Source: a virus (lineage: Duplodnaviria; Caudoviricetes). Taken from it: a stretch of 38,184 nt of DNA. The translations under genes and the position numbers were made by a program. This document shows positions 25,433-34,370 of this stretch, piece after piece; the first letter of the stretch is position 1; every line of letters starts with the position of its first letter. The notes under the pieces were generated by a model. The model made no database searches, was not told the origin of the DNA, and worked only from the letters and a program-made list of their open reading frames with translations. Where the stretch lies: positions 1-38,184 of the IMG/VR virus record IMGVR_UViG_3300024232_000037. One strand, given 5' to 3'.

Positions 25433-26244
25433 CAGTAGCCAATCGCCCAGTATCTCATGCTTCCGCTGATTGGCGTGAACGTGTTGTCGAGGAGGATGCC
25501 GACAGCCCCAGCCGTGGTGAACGAGGTAATATGCGGGAAGGACACCGGGTTGGCCGGGCTTCCTCCGGTCGGCTCCCCTACTCCTGGCGGATACCCTACC
25601 CAAATCTGCGCCACATCGGTCGGGAATGCCGGGCTGAACGTCAGCGTGAAATCTCCGGTAATTGACACCGTGACAGCCCCGGCCCGCATCTGCGCCGTGG
25701 ACGGAACCAGCCCGGTTATCTGGGCCTGCAGGTTAGCGTCAGCTGCGGTCCGCGCCGCCGTTTCCGCGTTGATATTGTTCTGCAGCGTCGTATCAGCCGC
25801 CGCACGCGCCGCTGCCTCTGCCGCGTCCGCTGCCGCCCTGGCTGTAGCCTCTGCGCTATCTGCCGCAATCCGCGCCGCGCTCTCGGCTGCGAGCTGCGTG
25901 CCCAGCGTCGGGTCGATCCCCAGCAGCGTCTGCGCGTTGGCAATCGAGCCCGAGACCACCGGCTGCATGGCCGCCGAGATGACAGTGGACGCCGACTGGT
26001 CAAAGATCGGATTATCGTTCGCATCGTGGAGGATCAGGCGATAATCGCCGTCGCCGAAAATGACCGCCCGGCCGGCCGCATCGAGGATGATCGGGTTTGT
26101 GTTCGCCGCCGTGCCGCCTATGTCACTCCATGTCAGCTTGGGCGTCGTGGTGGCCGTGATGTAGGTAAACAGCTTTCCGCCGGCATACGGATGCCCGTCC
26201 GCGTCGCTGAACTGCTGCTCTGGCGATACGAGAAGGACTGCCAT
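25432..26244 (-). CDS. Fibre with tailspike head-binding-like N-domain and coiled coil
   Basis: QFSDADGHPYAGGKLFTY..TTTPK..NTNPIILDAAGRA; EAAARAAAD repeats. Confidence 0.75.
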   Translation of the reverse strand: MAVLLVSPEQQFSDADGHPYAGGKLFTYITATTTPKLTWSDIGGTAANTNPIILDAAGRAVIFGDGDYRLILHDANDNPIFDQSASTVISAAMQPVVSGSIANAQTLLGIDPTLGTQLAAESAARIAADSAEATARAAADAAEAAARAAADTTLQNNINAETAARTAADANLQAQITGLVPSTAQMRAGAVTVSITGDFTLTFSPAFPTDVAQIWVGYPPGVGEPTGGSPANPVSFPHITSFTTAGAVGILLDNTFTPISGSMRYWAIGY

Positions 26245-26245
26245 C

Positions 26246-27760
26246 TTAGCGCGCGCCAGCCGTCCTGGCGGCCCACGAGAAGAAGTATGGCGAGGACGGG
26301 GCAGTATTCACGCTTACCGTAAACGTCGTCGCTCCGGCAGCACTCACCCAGGCACTGTTGATGCCAACAGACGCCATGCTGGTGAGCGGCGAGATGACGA
26401 TATCGGCTACTGCGGGAGTAATCGTCAGCCCGTGCGGCACCGTGTTGCTCGTCGTGCCGTTGTTTACCTGTCCCGTCCCGTGGAACTCGTTCACAAAGCC
26501 GAAGTTATTGCGGATAATAGAGTTATTGCCGAAGGTGGAATAGCCGATTGGGGTATGCGACGTGCTGAGATTGCATCCCTCGATCTGCACGAAATCTATG
26601 CCGTTGCCGAGCGTAATCTGGTTCAGATGCGTATCACCGAACGTAGCGATGGTGCCTAGCTGAATGCCTTTCAGGATCACATGATCGCATGTCGCCGCAA
26701 CAGCGATACCTGATTGCGTCGCTGGCACTCCCTGCGAGTTGCCCGCTACTGTGCCGCCGATCTGCGTCCAATGCGTGCAAGCGACCAGGTTGATCCCGTT
26801 CGCGCCGTTGTTGATGCAACGGAAGTTGCTCAGACTGATGTTGTCGATAGTGCCAGACGACTTGTCTACGAATACCCCGTCCGTCGAATTGGACGACGAC
26901 CAGCAGTTCTCTAGCACTGCGCCCAGGATGGCGCCCGTGCCAGCGCACTCAAAAAGCCACCCCTGCGCCGAATTGGTATCAGCATAAACGTCGGTAAAGC
27001 TGCACCAATCCACCGCGTTGCCATTTTGCGGGATCAAGGCAACGCCAATACCGCACCGGATGAAGTCGCACGAACTGACAAAAGTCCCGCCGCTCTGCAC
27101 AATCTGAAGCCCGGCCGCGCATTGAGCGATAGGATTGTCGCATACCACGTTATTTATGAAGTGGTCGTTCCCACCGCTGACCTTGATGACAATGCCAGTG
27201 CTTGCCTTGGTGTCTCTGATCGACCCGTTGCGGTAGTAGCAGATTGCGGTGGCAAGCTCGATGCCGATAAATGCGCCGTTTAGAGAAAAGTTCTCGACCA
27301 CGGTTGGGAAGCCTGCCGTATCGTAGATGTAGCGCCCAGCAGTGCGCGGCACACCGGCAGTCATGCTGAAGCCAGACATGCCACCCCACGCCGTCCCCGA
27401 ACCGGAAAGCGCAAAGATATCGGCGGTGGCAGACAGCACGTTGAAGACGGTCACACCAGGCCCGGCACCGACGATAAACTGCCCCGATCCAACGGTTATC
27501 TGCGTACTGATTCCGTATGTGCCTGGAGGGAAGTAGAACATCCCCAGCGGATTGGCAGACAGCATCGTGGTGATTGCCGCCGTGCAGTCGCTACCGTTCG
27601 CAACGGCACCATACTGCTGCGGGGTGATCCACGGGCCGTTGATCGTATCGGCGCGTAACTTGACGTTCTGAAATCCAACGGCCAGCGACAGGTCAACGCC
27701 GGGGATATAGATTGACGACTTAAACGGAACCGTGGTGTCCTGCGAAATCTTACCCGACAT
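26246..27760 (-). CDS. Beta-helix (pectate-lyase-like) tailspike/depolymerase
   Basis: QYGAVANGSDCTAAI, YFPPGTY, parallel beta-helix repeats. Confidence 0.8.
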   Translation of the reverse strand: MSGKISQDTTVPFKSSIYIPGVDLSLAVGFQNVKLRADTINGPWITPQQYGAVANGSDCTAAITTMLSANPLGMFYFPPGTYGISTQITVGSGQFIVGAGPGVTVFNVLSATADIFALSGSGTAWGGMSGFSMTAGVPRTAGRYIYDTAGFPTVVENFSLNGAFIGIELATAICYYRNGSIRDTKASTGIVIKVSGGNDHFINNVVCDNPIAQCAAGLQIVQSGGTFVSSCDFIRCGIGVALIPQNGNAVDWCSFTDVYADTNSAQGWLFECAGTGAILGAVLENCWSSSNSTDGVFVDKSSGTIDNISLSNFRCINNGANGINLVACTHWTQIGGTVAGNSQGVPATQSGIAVAATCDHVILKGIQLGTIATFGDTHLNQITLGNGIDFVQIEGCNLSTSHTPIGYSTFGNNSIIRNNFGFVNEFHGTGQVNNGTTSNTVPHGLTITPAVADIVISPLTSMASVGINSAWVSAAGATTFTVSVNTAPSSPYFFSWAARTAGAR

Positions 27761-29283
27761 CAGCTAACCCCTGGCTTGGCGTCGATCCACGCGCCCTGCA
27801 GCGCCCGGAAGCCGGCAATCGACCACGACAGTTCAAACACCCGGTCCCGGGCCATCCCCAGCCGCTGCCACTGCAGGCTTGTGAGATACGCGCCCGTGGC
27901 GCCAGCAAACTGCGTCACAGGGTTGCCGTAGCTGTGCCCGCGATCGTCCGACCACCGCAGACTGAGCAGACCGCTAGACGCTCCGGCCTCGCGCAACAGA
28001 TCGGTGCCGTCCTCGCGCAGAAATAGGGTCCCATCCTCGCGCAGCAGGTCGTCACCCCCCAGCGCCGTGAAGCTGTCGCCGCCAGGGTTGCCAGCCTCGA
28101 TGTCGGCGAGAAACTGCCGATAAAACACCCGCTTGCCATCCGCGATCATGTGCGGATACGACCGCACCCGCTTGATCGGCTGGCTGTTGTCGGTGAACAC
28201 AGCAAGGTCAAGGGCATACAGGTTGCCGTTCTGCCAGTCGCCGCAGACAACCTCGCCATAGGCCAGCACCGCGCAGTTGGCCCGGTGCCGATGCTCGACG
28301 CCGTTGTTGTCGATCCATGCCAACTCGTGCCAGAGCCCGGTGCTGATGTCGTAACACCACGTTTTGTCAGCGGTCGGAAACGCGAGCGCGAACCACATAT
28401 GGCCGCCGAGCTGATACGTGTAGCCGACCGCATCGGAAATCACAGAATAAGTGGCAAACTCGGCCTCGATGGCGAAGGTGCTGATGCGCTTCGCCTGGTA
28501 GCCGGCGCCGGCAATGACGATACCGCGCCCCTCGCGCGTCTGGCTTAACCAGTAGACCGAGTTGTCGATGGTCGCGACGCTATATTTCGCCACGCATCCG
28601 TGCTGGATGAACACCGCCGCCATTTCCTGGAACGGAAAGTCGGCCGCACCACTGTTATACCATACCTCGGTCGTCACCTGACCGATCAGCCAAATCTCGC
28701 GCTTGGCGACGCACAACGTCACCAGCAGGTCCGAATAGCTCTCCTTGTTGGCGAAAAACAGCGGATCATAGGTGATCGCCAGACTGTCGGATGACTGGAA
28801 CTGCGGCGTGCCAGACACGTTGTTGACCAGGAAGGTGTCGAGGTAGTCGACCCGGTCGCCGCCACGAAAGTTCGGATCGGCAATCTGCGCAAATGCGTTG
28901 GTGGTCAGCGTCACCGCCCAACCGGCCCCGCTGCCATCCACGATGACCAGGTTGATGCCGTTCTCCGCCATGCTGACGGGCGTGGTGCGTGCCGTCGCCA
29001 GACCACCGAGCAACGTCCCAACCCACGAGGATGATACTGCATAAACCGCGGAGCCGGCCACCACGTAAAGCTGCCCGTTTGAGCAGAGCTTCATGCCGCG
29101 GATGGGCGAGTTGTTCGGCATAGTGCCGAGCAACGTAGTCCCTGGCGTGGGGTAATAGGCATATGCCGATGGCTCGCCCTGCGCCTGCGGCATCTGCTCG
29201 GCGTAGAGGTTCAGGCACCGCTGGGCGCTCGCTATGACGCTGTGAGCCTGATACGCGCCGCCGGAGAGTTGGACCCTGCTCAC
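27760..29283 (-). CDS. Tail tube / DNA stabilisation protein (P22 gp10-like)
   Basis: AQRCLNLY, YPTPG, GQVTTEVWY, LRWSDDRGHSYGN, WQRLGMARDRVFELS. Confidence 0.85.
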   Translation of the reverse strand: MSRVQLSGGAYQAHSVIASAQRCLNLYAEQMPQAQGEPSAYAYYPTPGTTLLGTMPNNSPIRGMKLCSNGQLYVVAGSAVYAVSSSWVGTLLGGLATARTTPVSMAENGINLVIVDGSGAGWAVTLTTNAFAQIADPNFRGGDRVDYLDTFLVNNVSGTPQFQSSDSLAITYDPLFFANKESYSDLLVTLCVAKREIWLIGQVTTEVWYNSGAADFPFQEMAAVFIQHGCVAKYSVATIDNSVYWLSQTREGRGIVIAGAGYQAKRISTFAIEAEFATYSVISDAVGYTYQLGGHMWFALAFPTADKTWCYDISTGLWHELAWIDNNGVEHRHRANCAVLAYGEVVCGDWQNGNLYALDLAVFTDNSQPIKRVRSYPHMIADGKRVFYRQFLADIEAGNPGGDSFTALGGDDLLREDGTLFLREDGTDLLREAGASSGLLSLRWSDDRGHSYGNPVTQFAGATGAYLTSLQWQRLGMARDRVFELSWSIAGFRALQGAWIDAKPGVS

Positions 29284-30134
29284 TTCTGAATCTTCAGCAT
29301 GGAGGGATCCATGACGGCCGTTGATAGGCCGCCCTCATCCGCAACGCGCGCGCCGTGATACCCCAGAAGTCGCAATGCCTTTTGTGTCGTGGGGCTTTCA
29401 AACTCAACGTCAGACAACGGCGAGAATGGCCCCATTTTGTTGACCATTGACCCGAACCGCGCTCGCTCTGCGGCAGTCATTCGTTCATCGACCGCATCGC
29501 CATACTTGCTAAATAGGTCATCCACCCACTTACTATCTTCCAAGGACATGCTGCTGCTGCGATTAAGAACCGGACGCAACGCAAGGTCGCGCGCTTTTGC
29601 TGCAATAGCGGGATCATCATGCGCAATTCTATCGGCCTTAGTGATAGCCGCATCGCGCTCCGCATTTGTCATCTGTGACGGCACCGCATCCCCGTAGATA
29701 CGAGCTTCCGGAGACAACTTGACCGCAATCGTTCGCGCGCCCGGAACCTGACTTGCCTCCATGGGGCCACGAGCCGAGAAGTCATCCGCGCCCGTCATTC
29801 GTTCACGCATTCCAGCCAATCCACCGGCCTCTGCCTTGCTAGGCGTATCGGCAAGATAAACTGCCCCACGCGACTTGCCGCCAAACGACGTAAACGGCTG
29901 ATCCGTGAAGTGATAAAGAACCTTCCCAGGTGCTGCCGTCCCACCTATCAGCGCATTGCCATACTGCCGCGCCGCGTCCACCCAAGTCTGCGGCTGCTGC
30001 ATCGCAGCCCAAGTGTTCAGCAGGTTCTGCGCGTGCCACGAAGCCGCATCGGCCCACGTCGGAGCGCCCTGCTGCAGCAGGTTGTTCGGGTCGCCCTGGT
30101 AGTCCATCGGCGGGCGTAGCAAGTTGTCGGCCAA
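29280..30134 (-). CDS. ADP-ribosyltransferase-like (ART-PolyVal-type) protein with NLL-repeat N-terminus
   Basis: VLYHFTDQPFTSF..GAVYLADTPSKA and LGYHGARVADEGG..AVMDPSMLKI. Confidence 0.6.
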   Translation of the reverse strand: MADNLLRPPMDYQGDPNNLLQQGAPTWADAASWHAQNLLNTWAAMQQPQTWVDAARQYGNALIGGTAAPGKVLYHFTDQPFTSFGGKSRGAVYLADTPSKAEAGGLAGMRERMTGADDFSARGPMEASQVPGARTIAVKLSPEARIYGDAVPSQMTNAERDAAITKADRIAHDDPAIAAKARDLALRPVLNRSSSMSLEDSKWVDDLFSKYGDAVDERMTAAERARFGSMVNKMGPFSPLSDVEFESPTTQKALRLLGYHGARVADEGGLSTAVMDPSMLKIQK

Positions 30135-30308
30135 TCACGCCGCCCCGCCCACCACGCGCATCGGCCGGTCCTCTGGCTCGCCATCCGGCTGCGCCTTGGC
30201 GTCGCGGTCCAACTCCACCAGCACGTCATGCAGCACGAAGCATTCGACGCCGCGCAACTCGACGCGCTTCAGGAACTCCAGAGCCGCTACTGCTAGGCGA
30301 GGTGTCAT
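30135..30308 (-). CDS. 57-aa probable fibre chaperone
   Basis: MTPRLAVAALEFLKRVELRGVE..; ATGA overlap with fibre gene (translated by hand). Confidence 0.6.
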   Translation of the reverse strand: MTPRLAVAALEFLKRVELRGVECFVLHDVLVELDRDAKAQPDGEPEDRPMRVVGGAA

Positions 30309-31708
30309 GCTCCGATGATTCCGTGTGCTGTAAGTGCCGCCTGCAACGACATCACCCGGCCGGCGAGCTGGGCCAAGGTGACAGTGCTGGTCGCGAAAGC
30401 CGTTGCCTTGTCTGGCGTGCCAGTCATCGCGGCCCAGCCGGTGTCCCGCGCGCCGATGACCTTGGTTCCGGCTACCGAGTAGGACAGCAACGTATTGAAC
30501 GCGCCGGTATCAGGGACCGACCACACTTCTGTCGCCCCCGCCATGTAGCGAAGTCGGTCAGTGCCACTCGTCTGATATTGCAGGTAATTGCCAGGCGCCG
30601 AACTCAGATCAGGACCGCCGTTGAAGTCCACGACCATGCCGGCCGCCATGTTCAGCGCGATCACCGGATTGGCCGACACATACGGCGGGATCACGCCGCG
30701 CGCATCGTAGACCGAATAAGCCTGGGTATTGAGGCCGCAGAGGATGACGCTCTTTACATAGAGGTGTGGCGCTGCCGCGTCAGTGGACGGGAACAGCATG
30801 CACATCCCGTTCGTCTCGTCGGTGTTGATCTGCTGCAATGTCGTGCTGATGTGCATATTGACGCGGTTGCCGAAGCCTCCCCAGACTGCGCCATTACTCG
30901 CATCATCCAAGCCATTGAAGCGGTTGGCTGTCTCAATGGCGCTGAACCCTCTGCCGCCGTTAGTGCCGCTATTGAGGCCAGTGGTATCGAGAGCCGAAAC
31001 ATGGATGCCCTGGGTAGTCGCCACGCTGTTCTTGCGCGTCGTGACCGACAGCCCCACGAGGCCGCTCGACGCCGGATTGTCGGAGTTGTTGTCGGCGACA
31101 ATGTTCATCGCCCACAGCGCGCTATCGTTGGCCGCGTTGATGATCGCGTTCAGCGTTAGCGCACTGCCGATCTGCCCCAAGCCGCCTGTGCCGTCGAGAA
31201 TGTAGTCCCAGCGGTGCATATCGCACGCGGTCGTGGGGTTAGTCCTCTTGGCGTGAAACTTGATGATGCCATTTGTGTTTTGCAGCATGTTGTCGGTAAT
31301 GTCGCCGCCGCTCGTCGGCCCCATCGTCAGGATCGCACCGCCGCCTGCGAAAGTTGTGCCGCCGTCCATCTGCCAGCGAACGGGTTTTGTGAGATCCTGA
31401 CCCGTCCAGGTGACAGCGTGGAAAGTGCCCTCTGGCACATAGATCGTCTGGCCTTTGACCGCTGCCGCGCGTGCCGCATTGAACGCCGCGCTGTCATCGG
31501 TCGTGCCATCCAGAACGGCACCGAAGTCCTTCACGTTCAGCCAATCGCCGAAGCGATCCGGCAACGTCCTTGCTGTCGTGCTACCCGTCGCCGTCTGGCT
31601 GATCGACGCCTTAGCGTTCAGCGCGGTGTTCACCACCAAGTCGAGAAAATCCGGCGTGATCAGCGGACCGCCCTGAGCACGTGGGATAAGATCAATGGTT
31701 CCCGACAT
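30305..31708 (-). CDS. Tailspike/fibre
   Basis: RTLPDRFGDWLNVKDFGAVLDGTTDDSAAF, IYVPEGTF, C-terminal KVIGARDTGW..ALTAHGII. Confidence 0.8.
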   Translation of the reverse strand: MSGTIDLIPRAQGGPLITPDFLDLVVNTALNAKASISQTATGSTTARTLPDRFGDWLNVKDFGAVLDGTTDDSAAFNAARAAAVKGQTIYVPEGTFHAVTWTGQDLTKPVRWQMDGGTTFAGGGAILTMGPTSGGDITDNMLQNTNGIIKFHAKRTNPTTACDMHRWDYILDGTGGLGQIGSALTLNAIINAANDSALWAMNIVADNNSDNPASSGLVGLSVTTRKNSVATTQGIHVSALDTTGLNSGTNGGRGFSAIETANRFNGLDDASNGAVWGGFGNRVNMHISTTLQQINTDETNGMCMLFPSTDAAAPHLYVKSVILCGLNTQAYSVYDARGVIPPYVSANPVIALNMAAGMVVDFNGGPDLSSAPGNYLQYQTSGTDRLRYMAGATEVWSVPDTGAFNTLLSYSVAGTKVIGARDTGWAAMTGTPDKATAFATSTVTLAQLAGRVMSLQAALTAHGIIGA

Positions 31709-32649
31709 CAGCTAGACCACCCTCCCATAAAGCCAGGGCTACTGCCAGCGGCGATCCCGCCGCCCATCCGTGAGAAAGTCGGGACCTGCGCCTCTGGTAT
31801 CTGCACGTTCGCCATCCGCAGCACGCTCAGCGCCTGCTGCATCGCCGCCACATGCGCCGGCTGCGGCGGATTGCCGAACAGGACCGAGAACCGCACCGCC
31901 AGCGTCCAGATCAGCGCCTCGACATATTCCGGTGGCAAGTTCAGCGCATCGGTCAGCGTCGTGTAGACCGGCAGCGTGGCCTTGGTGGTGATGTGCAGTT
32001 CCCACTGCCCTTGCTGGGGTATTGGCCAGAAGAACAGGTTACCGAGCGGGAACGCGCTGTCGTAGAACAACGTCGCCGGGAACGTGACAAGCTGCTTTAG
32101 CGCAATACGATTGTATTCCTGCCGCGCCGAGATAATGTGCAGCGGATAGTCGATCAGGTTCGGGGGCGCGCCCTGACCTTGCGGGAACCCATTCCCAGGC
32201 AGCCCCGGCGTGATAGCCAGCAAGCCGCCGTCGTTCCAATAGGTGCCCGGCGGCAACCCTACTGGGCTAGTCGGCAACGCCGCCGCCAAGCCTGGCCCCA
32301 GCGTGACGACACCGCCGTTCAGCGAAAAGTCGTCGCTGAAGTCTAGCGAGAAGTCACCCGTTGAGGTTGACGGAAGCAGCCTCGCAAACGCGCTCTCGAT
32401 CTTGTCGGGACGGGGGATGTCGAAGTTACCTCCCGCCCCAATCGAGTACGAGATTGCCCCCGTGGATACGATGGAGGTATCTGCCAGGTCCCACACGAGC
32501 CAGCGCCGACGCTGCCACTGCGCCATGAGCGTCTGCAGCAGCGTCAACCCGTCGTTACTGTCTTGTGCATTTGGCGTTTGCCCGACGCCGTTCACGTTCG
32601 ATAAACGCAGGCAGAACGTGATCAGGTCGCCCGTGGTGACGAGGTTCAC
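31708..32649 (-). CDS. Head-to-tail adaptor (P22 gp4-like) with internal insert
   Basis: TTGDLITFCLRLSNVNGVGQTP..W, LPPEYVEALIWTLAVR. Confidence 0.75.
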   Translation of the reverse strand: MNLVTTGDLITFCLRLSNVNGVGQTPNAQDSNDGLTLLQTLMAQWQRRRWLVWDLADTSIVSTGAISYSIGAGGNFDIPRPDKIESAFARLLPSTSTGDFSLDFSDDFSLNGGVVTLGPGLAAALPTSPVGLPPGTYWNDGGLLAITPGLPGNGFPQGQGAPPNLIDYPLHIISARQEYNRIALKQLVTFPATLFYDSAFPLGNLFFWPIPQQGQWELHITTKATLPVYTTLTDALNLPPEYVEALIWTLAVRFSVLFGNPPQPAHVAAMQQALSVLRMANVQIPEAQVPTFSRMGGGIAAGSSPGFMGGWSS

Positions 32650-32653
32650 TAGG

Positions 32654-33001
32654 CTAGCGCCACTTCACCCAGGCACCGCCTAGGAACTTCCATTCCTGCG
32701 ACACACCTATTGCGCCCGCAGTCGAGGCCACCGCACCAGCAGCGCTGTCCTGAACCGTGAGCGCCGTCACGATCTGACCGAAACCGATCGTGACCGACTG
32801 CGCCACCAACGGATTTGGTGGCAACTTGACCGTGAGTGTGGCGATGGTGCCCGCTGGGTTCACGTAGAGCATACGATCGCCCTGCGCCATCGTGATCGTC
32901 GCCCCGGTGAGCGGAACGACGGTCACGACCGGAGGCGCGACGACGAGCGCGTTCAACTCGTCGCCGCTGTGCATCCTTGTGCCGCTATCTAGGATGGTCA
33001 T
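32654..33001 (-). CDS. Putative head decoration protein
   Basis: Directly after coat; NPAGTIATLTVKLP..WVKWR beta-rich. Confidence 0.6.
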   Translation of the reverse strand: MTILDSGTRMHSGDELNALVVAPPVVTVVPLTGATITMAQGDRMLYVNPAGTIATLTVKLPPNPLVAQSVTIGFGQIVTALTVQDSAAGAVASTAGAIGVSQEWKFLGGAWVKWR

Positions 33002-33011
33002 GCGCCACTCC

Positions 33012-34214
33012 TCAGTTTGCGGCCAACCGGACGGCGAGCTGCGGGCGGATCGGGGCCATGCCATACAGAACGTCGATACGACACGGCAGCACGTCAAGAT
33101 TGATGTCGTACTGACGCACGATACGCATTGATATCCCGTCCTTCACGGCGCGCGCAGCCATGTCCACGCCACCCGGCATGACCAGGTCGGCAGTGGCGAA
33201 GGTGAACGCATCGGGGTGATAGGCGAGCGACACACCGCTGGCGGTGGAGAGCGTTCCTGCGAACGTCAGCGCCGCGTTGGACGCCGGAGCCGCATTGACG
33301 TTCTGCGTCGCACCCGCGGTGTAGTTCAGCGCCGGGGCGAACGAGATCGTGCCAGCGCCGCCTGCATAGGCCGCAGTGACGACGAACTGCTGCAGGACGC
33401 CGGTATTGGCCTTGGTCTCGGGATGCACGCGATTGACGCCGGCCATGGTGAACACGTCGCCGACCACCATCGCACCCGCGCCGGTCGCAACAACGGCCGT
33501 CGTGGCCCCGTTGGCAGGAACGCCGTTCAACACGTAGGCGGTGTTCCGCGCGCCGGTCGTGAACGTGGTCAAAAAGGTGTTCTCTGCCCACTCAAACCCA
33601 GCCGACAGGCCCATCACGCCGTCGGTGTACTGGCGGCTGATCTGCGTTGACTGCTGGAACAAACCCTTCAGGCTGTCCACCATGTCAACGTTGTCCTGCG
33701 TGTTGATGCGCAACTGCCACTGCTTGCTCTGCGGCGTCAGGTTGTCCAGCAGAAGCTTGCGGGCCTGCAGCACGTTGCGGAACGTCTGCGCCGAGCCCTG
33801 GCCATTAACCTGGTTCCACACCGCCGGCATCACGGTGGAGATGCAGTCGTTTTCGATGTTGGCCGCGAGCACCGCAATGGCCGGCTCGATGTAGCGGGCC
33901 GAGAAATCGTCGATGTTCATCGTCAGCTCGGAGGTGCTGAACGAGAAATCGACGTGGCGCTGCGTGTTGACGGTGAGGGTGGTGTTGGTTTCCACCGAGT
34001 TCTGCATCGAGAGCGCCGCGCCGGTTGCGGTGGTGTACTGCACCGGCAGGCGGATGCGGAGCGAGGTGCCGATCTTCGCGCCCGAGTTGGCAAATGAGTC
34101 GTCGTATTGGCGATTGATCGACCCGACGAAGTTCAGCTTCTGGTGAAGGATGACCAGGGCTTTCGCCGTGATCATGTTGATATTGAGGAGGGTGTTCGTG
34201 GCGTTCGTGGCCAT
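33012..34214 (-). CDS. Major capsid protein (P22 coat-like)
   Basis: MITAKAL, KIGTSLRIRLP, YHPDAFTFATADL, RIDVLYG. Confidence 0.9.
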   Translation of the reverse strand: MATNATNTLLNINMITAKALVILHQKLNFVGSINRQYDDSFANSGAKIGTSLRIRLPVQYTTATGAALSMQNSVETNTTLTVNTQRHVDFSFSTSELTMNIDDFSARYIEPAIAVLAANIENDCISTVMPAVWNQVNGQGSAQTFRNVLQARKLLLDNLTPQSKQWQLRINTQDNVDMVDSLKGLFQQSTQISRQYTDGVMGLSAGFEWAENTFLTTFTTGARNTAYVLNGVPANGATTAVVATGAGAMVVGDVFTMAGVNRVHPETKANTGVLQQFVVTAAYAGGAGTISFAPALNYTAGATQNVNAAPASNAALTFAGTLSTASGVSLAYHPDAFTFATADLVMPGGVDMAARAVKDGISMRIVRQYDINLDVLPCRIDVLYGMAPIRPQLAVRLAAN

Positions 34215-34370
34215 GGCCGCGACCTTTCGCAATGGGGAAGGAAAGGCCCCTCACGCGGTGCGCGTTCTTGGGGCTGCTTTTCCGTCCGTCGCGAAAATCG
34301 GGTAGCCACAGCGACGAGGCGTCAGGCACGACACAGCGGGCTTTAGAGCCTCCCGCGAGGGCTTGGGCGT
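34215..34370 (-). promoter_or_regulatory. Structured leader of the coat gene
   Basis: SD-sequestering hairpin 34221-34248; stems 34246-34258/34353-34362, 34287-34292/34311-34316, 34336-34340/34352-34356. Confidence 0.5.

Noticed and set aside
29930-31966. Long + strand ORFs opposite structural genes (also 19456-20415, 35876-36598)
   Set aside because: Typical stop-poor antisense frames of GC-rich genes; no motifs
34336-34370. Twister ribozyme (CCCAAGCCC-like segment)
   Set aside because: Conserved elements are not in the required order or pairing
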